From the NCBI RefSeq assembly GCF_009914755.1, contig NC_060934.1: 64,000 nt of DNA, one strand, 5' to 3'. The notes below the pieces were generated by a model that had not been told where the DNA came from, made no database searches, and saw only the letters and a program-made list of their open reading frames with translations. Shown piece after piece: positions 25,117-37,820 of this stretch (position 1 is the first letter of the stretch; each line of letters opens with the position of its first letter). Position numbers and translations under genes: made by a program. The DNA comes from the human T2T-CHM13v2.0 reference genome, Homo sapiens.

Positions 25117-27770
25117 CCCCCCACAAGCTACCAGTAATGTTTCTTTTATTTTTCTTTTACAGTGTCCAGCTTTTGCCAGGAATACCATATAAAACATCTT
25201 TATGAAGTGAACACGGGCCCCAACAGCTTATACAAGCTGGCTCTGTCAAGGGCACCAGTGTTTCTAATTAATGCCTCGGTCCAGTGTTCCATGCAGGCTT
25301 TACCTGCACCCTCTCCCTCAGGTTTCGACTTCTGGCTGACCCACCAGGGCTCTTGCGCCTATGAGTAATAAATGCTCCTGACGTTTCTCACTGGATCTAA
25401 GAGGGCAGAAATAAAAGTCAGTTCCAACTACCTAAGTTCCAGCCTGAACATGGAGCATTCAGAGCAAGCACTGGGGAAAGAGTTCTGGCACCCTGTGGTG
25501 TCCGGCGGCAGCGTTCTCAGACAAGCGTCTCTCTGTAGCTTAGCCGTCTCATTTTGAATATGCTCAGCATCAGATATAGTCACCAAATAGTCTCCTAACT
25601 CCCCATAGAGAAATCATTCTCCAAACACTGGGGCAGTCATCTTCACAACCTGTATACGCTAGAGATCTCTCGTACTTTTAAAAACTGAAGGTGAGATTGC
25701 AGTCATTGGACAGGACAAAATAAGAACAGGCATGAAAATAATTTCTGTATGCATGCACATGTGTGTCTGTGCATGTGTACATATTTATCTAGCACTTCTC
25801 ATGTGGAGTTGATGGAAGCCAAGGTCACGGAATACAGACCCTCTGTAAACCCCATGGCCTGATTGGTTAACTGCTTGACTAGTTGATTTCTTAGAATAAC
25901 AGGGCATTAACGCTCAAAAGAAACTCAAAGCTCATTTTGCCCAACTGTCTCATTTTACTAGGGAGTAGATTAAGATCCAGAGAGATGAGATGGCAAATCA
26001 ACACCATGCATGGCCAATTAGTGGAAAAGCTCAGGACCAGGACCTGCCAAGCAAAGAGGCTTCTTCCCAAATCCCCACACCACCAACATGAAAGGTTATT
26101 CCCTTCTCAGCCACTTTCTCCAAGAGCTGCAGACCAGGGTCTGTAGCACCCTGGGTATGTAGCACAACCCCTCCTTTCCAAAAGGAAGAAACTGTTTAGT
26201 TAGTGCCTGGATGTGTGCATTCCTGTCTTTACTCTCCTCCCCACTCTACCAAGGAAGCTCTTCACTGAATCCCACCCCAGATTATCAGATTCTGACCACT
26301 GGGAGAGGATGACCCCAGATTGAGAAATTATAAATTGTGACCCAGACACTATGTTTCTAGTAGAAAGCAAAGCCATGAAAAACATCTAGCTGTGTCATTA
26401 AAATGTTTGTAAATATTTATATAATCTACCATATTTTCCCCTTCTTATTGACATTGAGTACTTTTAAAACAAAATCTCAATCTGGATCTTCACAACTCAG
26501 AATTCGTAAGTAAATAGGAGGCTCTGTTTTGGTAAGGACTGTGTTATAATTTTTGTAAATTTCCCATGGCACTTAGCGTGATGCTGGAATAACAACTGAA
26601 CTGTCATTTCATTGATATTTGGTAATTAAATAATTGTTAATTAAACATTAACAAAATGATAGAACGATGTAAAAATACTGTTACTTGCTTATGATATGAC
26701 AAGTTGACACCTAAGGTCGGTTCTTTATAAAATAGAAAGTATACATAGATTTTCTTTATCTCTTTGCTGATCATCCCAGCATAACCGGATGGTGGCCCTC
26801 CCGAAGCCGTGGGCATATTCCAGGCTGAGCAAGGACAGTTGTGTCCTCAGACTTTAGACATTGGACAGGATGTGAGTTGATGTGAAGTTTCCCAGTGATC
26901 CTGAAAGTCAGGATATTGCCATGATGAGCACTTGATCTGGAGTTCACCTCCACACTGTGTGATTTCAGAAAAATCACTAGACTCTTCTGAAGTGAGGATA
27001 ACCAAATCAGTATTTCCATCTTAAGGTTGTTGTGAGGATAAAATCAAGCATGCAAACTGTAGAGTGCGATACAAGAAGTGGTTGCTATTAGCATGGAATT
27101 CAAAGTCAAACCATCCAAATTAAGGACAGTAGACTTCCTCTGCGTTTGAGAAGGTTTCCCAGAGCCACACAGTGACAGCTCCAAGTGTTTGGATTTAGAG
27201 GGTGCCTCAGTTCAAAACAAACTTCCCAATTCTAATACAAATTTTAGTCAATGAAGCCATACAGAGTAAGGGCTAGCTAGCTACTGGTGTGTTTTGGATC
27301 AATAAATTCAATATTCTTAAAAGTTTGTTTATGAGGAAGCAATTTATTTTTTAAAACATAAAAAGTAATTCATTTAGAAAAGGAAACAAAGGTATGAAGC
27401 AGAAAAGAAAATAGTTGCCCCAAATCCTAATCCACCAGAATTAACTGCTTTAATGTTGGCATACTTGTTTCTATACTTTTTTCATAATTTTAAAAATGTG
27501 AAAAGTAATAGTATAGATGATATGTAAATAAAGCAAAAATCACGTATGCAAGACACAAATCACAAAAGGGAGGGAAATATTGATATTAGGCATGGTGCAG
27601 AACTTTGTTTTATGGATGAGAAGTAGGTGAGATCTCACTCAAAGATCAGCCTACAAAAGTGATGGGAGCAACTTTGCTGAATCCTTCAGTACCCACCACC
27701 AATGGAGACGTATGCAGCCTCTGCTTATGAGAGTGTGGACTCCCCACAGAGTGACTTCTTGGTTGCATGT

Positions 27771-27942
27771 CTTGCTTGCCTTAGAACTTGCTTGCCTTAG
27801 AACTTGCTTGCCTTAGTACTATAAGTACTCTACTTAATACTTAAGTACTAAATAGTACTTAGTATATACTTAGTATTTAGTATATAATTAGTACTTATAT
27901 ACTAAATACTACTATAAGTATTACTATAAGTACTATGATTAC
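27771..27942. repeat. 16-bp tandem triplication followed by an AT-rich palindromic patchwork
   Basis: cttgcttgccttagaa x2.9; 17-bp perfect inverted repeat at 27871-27887 / 27895-27911. Confidence 0.9.
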
Positions 27943-28667
27943 TATTATGGACTAAATGTTGGTGTCCCCTCCAAAATTCATATGTTGAAGCCTTACTTCT
28001 TCACGTCATGGTATTTGGAGGGTGGCCCTTTGGGAAGTAATTAGGGTTAGATTTGGTCATAAGGGTGGAGCCTCCACGATTAAGATGAACGCCCTTATAA
28101 AAAGAGAAATAGACACGAGATCTCACTCCCTCTCTTTGTGCACACACCAAGGAAAGGCTTTTTCAGGACATAACCCAGAAGAGAGCCCTCATCAAGAACC
28201 TGACCATGGTTGGGTGTGATGGCTCACACCTGTAATCTCAGCACTTTGGGAGGCTGAGGCAGGTAGATCGCTTGAGTTGGGGAGTTTGAGGCCAGCCTGG
28301 GCAACATAGTGAGACCCCATCGCTACAAAAAATACAAAAATTATCTAGGTGTGATGGCATGTGCCTGTAGTCCCAACTACTTGGGAGGCTGAGGTGGGAT
28401 CTCACTCAAATGTCAGGATGGGGGGATTGCGTGAACCCAGGAGGCTGAGGCTGCAGTGAGCCAAGATTGCGTCACTGCACTCCAGCCTGGGTGACAGACC
28501 AAGACCCTGTCTCAAAAACAGCAAAAACAAAAACAAAAAAACCCTTGACCATACTGGCACCCTCATCCCAGACTTTCAGCTCCCAAAATGGTGAGAAAGA
28601 AGTTTCTGTTGCTTAAGCCTCCCAGGCTGTGGAATCTTTTGCAGCAGGCTGAGCTGGCTAAAATGCA
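27943..28667 (+). mobile_element. MLT1A-type MaLR LTR, split by an Alu
   Basis: gtcccctccaaaattcatatgttgaagcc...ctgttgcttaagcc...gctaaaatgca. Confidence 0.85.
28208..28541 (+). mobile_element. AluJ carrying an insert of about 24 bp
   Basis: Dimeric Alu; TSD-like acc(ct)tgaccat on both flanks. Confidence 0.92.
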
Positions 28668-28669
28668 TG

Positions 28670-29004
28670 TAGGAGTCCCCCTTGCAATTTCCCTTTACAT
28701 TGCTTCAGTTACCCACAATCAACTGTGCTCCAAAAAATAGGTGAGTACAGAATAATAATATATTTTGAGAGAGAGAGAGAGACCACATACACATCACTTT
28801 TATTACAGTGTATTATTATAATTGTTGTATCTTATTAGTTATTGCTATAATCTCTTACTGTGCCTAATTTATAAATTATACTTTACAGTGACTATGTATG
28901 TGTAGGAAAAAACGAAGTATATATAGTGTTCGGTACTGCCCATGGCTTCAAGCATCCACTGAGGGGCTTGGAACGCATCCTCCATGGATAAGCGGTGGCT
29001 ACTA
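28670..29004 (+). mobile_element. MER44A (Tigger7 derivative)
   Basis: TIRs (t)aggagtcccc...ggataagcggtggctacta; gagagagaccacatacacatcactttt; aatctcttactgtgcctaatttataaatta. Confidence 0.85.
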
Positions 29005-29194
29005 TATTCTGTTTTAATACATGCCCTACCCATTCTTCCTGCTTCATTTCATCCCAAGTTTTGCCAAGGACATAATTCCATTACTTCTTAACATGTTGAG
29101 AAAGCTCTTTGTAACGAGGCTCTTTACCAAGTGCCTAATTCTAGGAAGGCTGAAGAGACATGAAACACTGCTTAGGCTGCCCATCCCCAGCCGG

Positions 29195-29250
29195 CAGGGA
29201 TCAATGGGGCGGGGAGGCGGAGTCCCAGTGGAGAAGCCGGGCAGGGCCAA
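29195..29250. promoter_or_regulatory. GC box (Sp/KLF) in a small CpG-containing patch
   Basis: ggggcggggaggcgg in unique sequence; motif match only. Confidence 0.3.
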
Positions 29251-30282
29251 CTCCCAGTCAGTTCTGCTCAGGTGACCTCTCCAACTAATCGAAAAGCCCC
29301 AGAATTAGAAACACATCCCAAAACTTCACGGGCATGTCTGTTTTCCCACCTTCTGGCTGCCTTGATTCACAAATACTTTGCTCTAATTAGCACAGACAAG
29401 TAACTGCTAAAGTGTGACAGGCAGTTTTTCACTGTTCGAAATGCATCGGTGTTGAGCTTCTGTCTTGCTTACTGGGAAAGAAAGCAGAATAAACAAACCT
29501 AGACAAGTAACCCTGAGGGTACATTATGGCAAAAACTAAGGAAAAGTATAAGATATTAAGTGAGAAATAATTTCTACCACTTTGAAATATAAGAATATAA
29601 TTTTGAAAGACAAAATACAGAACAAGACATATGCATGCAAATATACACCATATACACTATCTAATTTGCACCAATATATTGTGGGAAAAATACTCAACAA
29701 ATGGAAATTTCTCCTAAAATCTGGCAAAAAGCCACCCCTCAGCTAAGCTCTTATTTGGGAAAAAAACATTATAAACAATGTGGTGGTGTCTGGTTTTACA
29801 TTACAGATTATTTACAGATATCTAGCTTTGATTACAGTTTAGCTTTTTAGATTTTTATCACAGAAATGTATTTCAAAGAACCCTAGAATACAGATGATGG
29901 TAGAGAAGCTTGTAAAAACAAACTCTCGGGTTTTTTTAAGCCTAAAAAAATCAAAATGAAAACACTGGACAAGCTAACCGCCTTCTTCCTCTGTCCCCCA
30001 TTCATTTCTCTGTATTTTGCTCTGCCCTGCAAAGATCTTTGCATCCTGCAAGCAGAACATTGACTCATTAGGGTGAATTTTGGTCTGTGGGACTAATATG
30101 AACATGAGAGAAGAGTCAAGTCAGCTTTCAGCCCCCAAATGCTCAGAAAAGCTTGCTTGGTGGCAAAAGTGAAACTAACAGAGAGGCATAGGGTTGCTCC
30201 TAGCTGCACACAGAGCCCAGGGCCCGCATTGCCACCCAGATGCTTGTTTTTATTTTATTTTAGATTAAAACTATTTTGGGGG

Positions 30283-30433
30283 TGATGGGGTCTGGTTCTG
30301 TTGCCCAGGCTGCAGTGCAGTGGCATGATCGCAGCTCACTGCAGCTTCAAAACTCCTGGTCACAAGTGATCCTCCCACCTCAGCCTCCCAATCACAGTAC
30401 TGGGATTATAGGTATGAGCCATCATGCACAGCC
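30283..30433 (-). mobile_element. Alu monomer (FAM/FRAM-like)
   Basis: Single arm containing gcagtggcatgatcgcagctcactgcag and ending tgagccatcatgcacagcc. Confidence 0.8.
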
Positions 30434-30499
30434 CTTTCAACTCCCTTTTCTAATGTCAATTTTATCCACTAATGAAACACATCTCATTTACTTGGAAGC

Positions 30500-30790
30500 A
30501 TTTTTTCTGCCACCATTTTATTATGAAACTATTCAAACATACAGGAGATTGAAAGAGCCATACAGTGAATACCTATTCAGACTTCCAGTTCCCAAAACTG
30601 TTAGAAGTTTCAGTTGCTTAAGTCACCCAGCCTGTGGTACCTGTTATAGCAGGCCGAGCTGGCTAAAACACATACAGTAGTCCCCGTAAATACCATCCAC
30701 TATGTAGATTCCATACTTAACAGTTTGCCATATTTGCTTTATCATAAATCTATCCATCTATCCATAACTCCATCCACCCATTATTCCATT
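30500..30790 (-). mobile_element. Old L1M 3' fragment interrupted by an MLT1A/MER44 junction copy
   Basis: ttttattatgaaactattcaaacatacag...ttaacagtttgccatatttgcttta. Confidence 0.6.
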
Positions 30791-30794
30791 ATTC

Positions 30795-30908
30795 CTTTTT
30801 TTTTTTTTTTTTTTTTGTTGTTGATTCAGGGTCTCACTACGTTGCTCAGGCTGGTACTTGAACTCTTGGTTTCAAGTGATCCTCCCGCCTCGGCCTCTCA
30901 AAGTGCTG
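30795..30908 (-). mobile_element. Alu left-monomer fragment
   Basis: T tail, then gggtctcactacgttgctcaggctgg...caaagtgctg. Confidence 0.8.
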
Positions 30909-31518
30909 CAACCTGGATACTTGTGTTGTGCAGAGGGAACTAGAAATCAAAAGCAGCCCTGAGAAAGAAGAGCAGTCACAGAAGTACAACGTCCCCTGGA
31001 AAGGGAGCCTTGAGAGGGGAGGCCACCACTTCAAACCCACCCAGCTCGCCCGAGCAGCCAAGGAAGAGCAAGCTCTCTCTGCAGGATCTGTGTAGAAAGG
31101 TGTTATGGTGTTGGCTTTCTAGCACTAATGGGTTCAGACTGTTTCCTGGGTCTTCCGTCTGATGGTCTCTGAGCTCCCCAATTTATGCACATGCCCTGAA
31201 GATGCACTGTGTTGATTTGATGGTGCTGAGCTTTATGAAAGGGGGGAAGGTGAGTGTGGACTGGGGATAGGAGGCAGGACCACATCCTGCTAAACTCTGG
31301 GACTACTTAGGGGCCCTTCCAGACAGCCGTCCCTGAATTTCCCCCACTTTTCCCTGTCCAGTGTTTGACACTCTTGCTTTTTCTCCTAACAGCATCTCTC
31401 TGCCTCTTCTTTCCCTAGAGTTCTGTAAGCTTTTCCAGGACAATCTTGGGCACGTAAGGCAAATGGAGCTTAGAATTCTGGGCTCTGGTGAGAAGATGCT
31501 TTGTTCTGGCATCTGAGA

Positions 31519-31575
31519 AATGACGTGCAAGTGGGGAGCCACCCTCCACAGAAGGAGCCCTGTGACTCACGTGGA
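31519..31575. promoter_or_regulatory. Candidate enhancer motif cluster
   Basis: CRE-like tgacgtg and overlapping AP-1/E-box tgactcacgtg in unique sequence; motif match only. Confidence 0.3.
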
Positions 31576-32831
31576 GCTCGGGGGGGCCCTTGAAGGACTT
31601 ATGGTTTAACAAGGCCCAGGGGTCCATGAAAACCTCTGCAGAGGTCAGCCATCCTGAGCCTCCCCCTTAGCTGTCCCTGTTGTTTCCAGCCTTGTGAACC
31701 TATGGTGTCACTTCACTGCCTCTCTGAGCCTTAGTTTCCTCAGCCATCAAATTGTGCTGTTGCTCCCTGTCCCTTTCCTGTACATGCCCAGGAGATGAAC
31801 ATGAGATGTACAGGGAATAAACAGGAAATGCACATGAGATGCATATGAGATCAATGTCTTTGAAAGCGCAAATTACAAACTTATGGCAACAGTAGATGTT
31901 AAGATGTTATTAATCCCAGAAAGCTAACAGGCTGGATGCACATCAATGGCCCTGAAGCAGTTTGAGAATGGAGAGAGTCCGGCTCAGCTACCGAGCCTTA
32001 CTCCATCACGAAGCCCAGAAGGGCAGGTAAACAACCTCCCCTCGAGGGATGCAGAGTGCCCCATGAGCTCGCTATATCCCCTTCCTTTCAGGATTTGGAG
32101 GGAAAATGCCTTCATTTTCTGTGTAACCAGCCTGAACTGAAACACATATCACTTTGTGCCAAGTTCTAGGGGCTTGAGTTTCCTTTACTGAGGGCACCAC
32201 TCCCATGTGTCAGTGGGAACCGGATCAGCGGGAGCTTAGTGGTTTTACTTGAGGGGAACCTACAGGAAATAATTTAAGAAGATAATAAGGGGGATTTTTC
32301 CTGTCTAGAAATGAGGCCCATGAGTCTTTGCAAATGACATTACTCTCTGATTCAGAAATAAATGCAGGAAAATGGCCTCAGTTGTTTTGCCAAGTCAGTG
32401 CGATTGGCCGTAGACACTCTCAGATTAGTATGGAGCTTCCACGCCTTATACTTTGCCCAGGATCCGAGGCGCTGCACAACGTCCTGCCTGTCCTAATAAT
32501 TCTCTTTCCCAGCATCCAGTACTCGCACACAGTCAGGATCCCTCCTGAGCCCACGCTTTCCTGTTCTCTCATTCTCCATTGTCTTCTTTGCCCCCATTAG
32601 ATTTGCACAGTTGTTCAGAATTTCATTATCATCAGAACTAAAGTTATAAGCTAATGCCCACTGAGGTAGAGGGTACTTTGTGAGGTACCCTCCTCCTCGT
32701 AAACAATTTTTTTTTAAAGAAACAGTTTAACTCAAAAGGGCAACTAGTTTTGAAATTCAGCATTCAGCTGTCTGCCCAGGAATTTGTAGGTGGGAAAAGG
32801 GATTGTTCGATACCTAGAAAAAAAATAATTA

Positions 32832-33372
32832 GGCTGAGCACAGTGGCTCACATAATCCCAGCACTTTGGGAGGCTGAGGCAGGGGGATAGCTTGAGGCCA
32901 GAAGTTTGAAACCAGCCTGGTCAACATGAGATTCTTTTCTGAAAAAAAAAAAAAAAAAATTAGCTGGTGTGATGACACATGCTTCTAATTCCATCAGTTT
33001 GGGAGGCTGAGGTGGAAGGATCACTTCAGCCCAAGAATTCAAGGCTGCAGTGAGGTATGATTGTGCCATTGCACTCTGGCCTGGGCAACAAAGCAAGACC
33101 CTGTCTCGAAAGAAAGAGAGAGGGAAAAAGAGAATGAGAGAGAAAGAAAGAGAGAAAAGGAGAGAGAAAGAAAGAGAGCGAGGAAGAAAGAGAAAGGGAG
33201 AGAGAAAGAGAGAGAAAGGGACAGAGAAAGAAAGAAAGGGAGAGAAAAAAAGAAAGGAAGGAAAAAAGAAGGAAGGGAAAAGGAGGAAAGGAAAGAAAAA
33301 AGGAAGGAAGGAAAAGAAGGAAGGAAAGGAGGGAGGAAGGAAAGGAGGGAGGGAGGGAAAAAGGAAGGAAGG
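32832..33372 (+). mobile_element. AluJ whose tail has expanded into a GA-rich tract of about 265 bp
   Basis: Alu body to 33107; TSD-like aaataatta (32823-32831) and aaataacta (33373-33381) enclose the purine tract. Confidence 0.88.
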
Positions 33373-34919
33373 AAATAACTAGAATAATGGTGCCTAGGGA
33401 AATATCTAATCCAATCTCTTCATTTAATAGGCCTAAGCCCAGTGACTACCGATTAAACAAATAAACTAATGAATGAGTAAATGGACCTGAAGAGTTGGAG
33501 TTGTCACTGAGATCACCTAGGGTTCAAGGCCAACACTCTCACTTTCTAGGTGAAGGAGCTGAAGCTTAAGCTACAACCTGCCCAAGTAAAATCACGATCA
33601 GTGACAAGGAACACTGAAGGTGGAGTCTCCAGGTCCCCAGTGCCCTTAGCAGATGAGCCTCTCCCACTCCAGTCACACCAGGCCCGAGTCCAGGGTGAGG
33701 GCCCCGCCTGGGCTAGAACCGGGGCTCTTCGCTTTTCTCTGCTTCTCATTGCCATCTGTATCACATTGCCAAGGCTCGCTTTGAAGCTCTGAGGGCAGCT
33801 TTCCTCACTCCCACAACTGACATGAGGGATGTATAATAATATCAGCCCGGGAGAGAAGCCCTCCCGGCCTGGTTCTCACGATTCCCATGTCCTGTGCCCT
33901 GGCCATCATCCTATCTCTGATCAGTATCCAGTAAACAGAAAAGAGCCTGCTTTCCACCATCACAGATTAAGTGACACCAGTGAGGAGCTACATCTTTCAC
34001 TCTTCCTTTGAAATGAATCCTCCCTCCCATCCCTGCTCTTTGTCCCATGAGAGGAATGTGGAATGGGGGTGGGGCAGAGACTTCTTTTTCACATCCAAGC
34101 AGGGGGAAGTCCAGGCCCTTTTGCTGCTGAGAGAGCAGGGAGTGATGGAAAGATTAAAGCAACACTTCACTTTAGAGCATTTTCATCTTTATGGTTATGG
34201 TTTTTTAGCCCATGAAATGATCATCCCAGAGGGAAAACAACGCGACCCAGACATGCAGAATGTGGACAGCACTCCCTCCAGCAAAGGAGGGAGGTGCTGT
34301 TTGCTGCATTTCATATCCTGAGGCCATTTCCCCAAGTCATCATCTGCCTTTGAGATCCCTGATTTCTGAAATACCAAATCTAGGTGGTTACTAAGACCAG
34401 AACTTCAATCATTTCTGAAGTGTGGGGATGCGAGAGGAGAGCCCATTTCAATGGCTTTCAATCCAGTGGAAAGATGGAGGGAAAACCCTGAGCTAGACAC
34501 ACTTGTCCTGGTTCTCAGCAGCCGCTCACAGAGAGCATGGGAAAGCAATTTCAATTTCAGCCTGCAGTTAGAGTTCCCAAACTTAACTGGGTCAATGTAC
34601 ATTGAACCCACTTACAGTAACTTCCAGTTAAAGCACTACTTAACCTCATATGAAAACTCTGTTTCTTTGTGGTTCTCCCAGTTATCAACATATGGTATAA
34701 GAAGTATTGACCACAGGGTACCAAAGCATGATCAAGGCTGAGGGGAATATGCTTAAAGGCGGGGTGTGGGGTGGGCAGTGACAGGCACAGGTGGCTTTGC
34801 CCAGTGCATCTTAAAGTTGCTGTCTTTACACCAGGATGCGGCAAGAGTGCTTCCTAAGAAATGAGGCTTCACTGATAGAAAAAGATTTAGAATGGGGGAC
34901 GTGACTGATTCTATATCTC

Positions 34920-35261
34920 TTTTTATTATTTTTTCCTTTATTTTTAATTTTTTCTTTAAAAGATGGAGTCTTGCTCTGTTGCCCAGGTTAGAATGCAGTG
35001 GTATGATCGTAGCTCACTGCAGCCTCAAACTCCTGGGCTCAGGTGATCCTCCCATCTCAGAGGGTTTTAGGGATGCAGTTAGTCTCCTGAGTAGCTGAGA
35101 CTTCAGGCACCTGTCACCATGCCCAGCTGTTTTTTCACTTTTTGTAGAGATGGGTTCTCACTATATTGCCCGGGCTGGCCTCCAACTCCTGGTCTCATGC
35201 GATCTTCCCATCTCAGCCTCCTGAGTAGCTGAGACTACAGGCATGCACTGCCATGCCTGGC
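34920..35261 (-). mobile_element. AluJ carrying a 22-bp insert
   Basis: gtagctcactgcagcctcaaactcctgggctc; non-Alu agggttttagggatgcagtt at 35061-35080. Confidence 0.9.
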
Positions 35262-36065
35262 TAAAGATGCTGTATCTTTTGATGTTAAAATCACAGCTCA
35301 ATGACAAGATTTTTCTTTCTACCAGACAAGTTTTCATCATGTGAACTGGATAGAAGAAATCAGTTCATTAGAGTGTATTTTTGCTTTATGTGACTTCTGA
35401 GCATGCTATGGGCTGATAGTGTGGTCTCAACTGGGAGATAGCCTGGTGTGCAGCAGTCAGCCCAGAGCACACAGCGACCACTCGGGGCCATTGTTTTCCT
35501 TTGATTTTCACTGATGGTTGTCAATGCTGGCTTCCTTTTACTTTTCCAGCGTCAGAACTTGTTGATTTTCGTCTGGGCTTACGTGCAGTTCAGAATTTGC
35601 TCAATGTTTAGTTTCCTTTCCCCCTCCTCCCATTTATGATAAACCTGTTTATTATTTTTAGGTTGCAAAATCAAAATAAGCTTACAAAGACATCTTTGCT
35701 GTTGAAATTCCTGCTGAAAATAAACAACTTTGTAGCTGGGAGCCTGAAACTCTAGCTTCTAACCACTCCCTCATACCATCACCACCAACTTTTTCTCATT
35801 GAAATGACCTATACAGATTGTGATTAAAAAATAATACTGCAAAGGGTTTTAGGGATGCAGTTTTCCTATTACAGCAGTAGTCAGCTTGGGATATTATTGT
35901 TTTGCAAGACTTTGATAAGCTAAAGTGAATTCCAAGATGCACAGAAGGGTGCAGGTCTAGAAATCAATTGGAAGGAGCAGAAGGGATTAAGGCTGTTGGG
36001 CTCACAGAGAAGTGGAAGGTCCGTCATGCAGATGTATTTTTTAGACCTAATCTGTGTTTCTGCAG

Positions 36066-36312
36066 GACGCAGACCACAAGGTCAATGTTTTAGGGAATGA
36101 GATTTCAGCTCTGTGAAAGCAAGAGTTTTCTAATAATTAGAGGAGAGCAGAAAAGAAATGGGCTGCTTTGAGAGGGAGTGATCTCCACATCCATGAGCGA
36201 ATCCAAGCAGAAAGTAGATAACCTCGTGTCGAGAAGTTTAGAAAAGGATTCTCTCTTATAACGCTGAGATGTGTTCTCCACTATGATCTCAAGAGTGTCA
36301 GAGGGTACACAG
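36066..36312 (+). other. Candidate non-coding exon
   Basis: ctaat branch-like motif and tgtgtttctgcag acceptor; CAG|GTAAGA donor; stops in all three frames. Confidence 0.25.
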
Positions 36313-36690
36313 GTAAGAGGGAGAGGGTCAGAGGCAGATAAACAGTAGAGAATCATGCTGAATGCAACAAGCCAGACACGAGAGACCACAAAACTGTCTC
36401 AGATGGAGAGCTTTGCACACTTCTGCAAGATCGGCTTCTCCAGACCCATGGACTCCTCTGTGAGCCAAACTTCTTTGCTCTTCTCCACTCCCTGACTTGA
36501 TTTCTACACCTTTCACCCTTCTGGTCCCATCTTGGAATTCAATTATGCTATCAAAATTTCTCCCCTGACAGAGTCTGGAATGTCTTCTCTAATGGGCCCG
36601 CACTGAATGCCTCAAGCTCTGATCCTGCAGGAACAGATCCCACCAGGGATTCTTGGTGAAGCCACACCATGCATTAAGAAAAATTACCTG

Positions 36691-37011
36691 GGCCAGGCGC
36701 AGTGGCTCATGCCTGTAATCTCAGCACTTTGGGAAGCTGAGGCAGGAGGATGTCTTGAGCAGGTGTTCGAGACCAGCTTGGGCAACATAGCGAGACCTCA
36801 TGTCTACAAAAAATTAAAAAATTAGGCATTTTGTCACATGCCAGTAGTCCCAGCTGTTTGGGAGGCTGAGTCAGGATGATCGCTTGAGTCCTGGAATTCG
36901 AGGTTGCAGTGAGCTCTGATCGTGACACTGCACTCCAGCCTGGGTAACAAAATAAGACCCTGTCTCAAAAAAATAATAATAAATAAATAAATAAATAAAC
37001 AAAGCAAAGCT
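36691..37011 (+). mobile_element. AluJ
   Basis: Dimer with (TAAA)n tail; TSD aaa(t/c)tacctg. Confidence 0.92.
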
Positions 37012-37547
37012 AAACTACCTGGAGCACCTGCCCCTGTCATGTGCATTTGGGCCCTGACTCACTAGTGGGGATCACTAAAGACCTCACTGGCCTGCCTGGT
37101 GGTGTGACAGGAAGGCTTGGCGTTTCTGCAAGTGAGACTTGAATGCGTTGGTCTGAGAAACTCCAACTACATGAAGGCAGATGCTTCGCCTCTTGGTTTC
37201 TCAACCAAATTGTGCTCCAGGGGACTCCTAATCCACATCTTTCCTACTAATTTACCCTTCATTCATCAAAATATGATTTCATAAGAGTGTTTTGATGTCT
37301 AAGAAGTCTGAGTCTCATGAGTCTCTTAAGCCCTTTCCTGCTTTGTATCATGAAATTGTGTGCTCCCAGTGTTTAGTGGCACTAGGAGCTGGGAGAGTAG
37401 CCTTGTAAACAGTTCTCTGCCCAATACTTGCAGGCCAATTGTGATTATGCCAGGTAGCAAGAAGGCAAGCCATTTTTCTTTACATTATTCATTGGGCCCT
37501 CCTTCTAGGGAGGGTCCACCTCCATTGGAAATTTAGTAAACCATACC

Positions 37548-37820
37548 ATTCATTCACTCTCTCAATCAACAACTTTTAAATAAGCATGTACTATGAACCA
37601 GGCATTGTCCCAGTGGTAGGCATCCAACATGAACTACACTCAGCTCTAGCTCTTAAAGAGCTCACATACTAGCAAAGAAGATATTTGTGCAAATAAGACC
37701 ATCACCACCAGGGTGGTAAGTCCAGATCTGATAAAATGCAGTGTAGTATGGAATGAAGGATGCGCACCTACCCAGGCTAGGGTAGAAAAGAGATAGTCAG
37801 GAAAGACTTTTGAAGATGCC
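37548..37820 (-). mobile_element. L2 3' region
   Basis: attcattcactc...tactatgaaccaggcattgt...gagctcacatactag...agtcaggaaagactt. Confidence 0.7.

Noticed and set aside
33050-33382. K/R/E-rich ORFs
   Set aside because: Artefact of a purine tract that lacks stop codons
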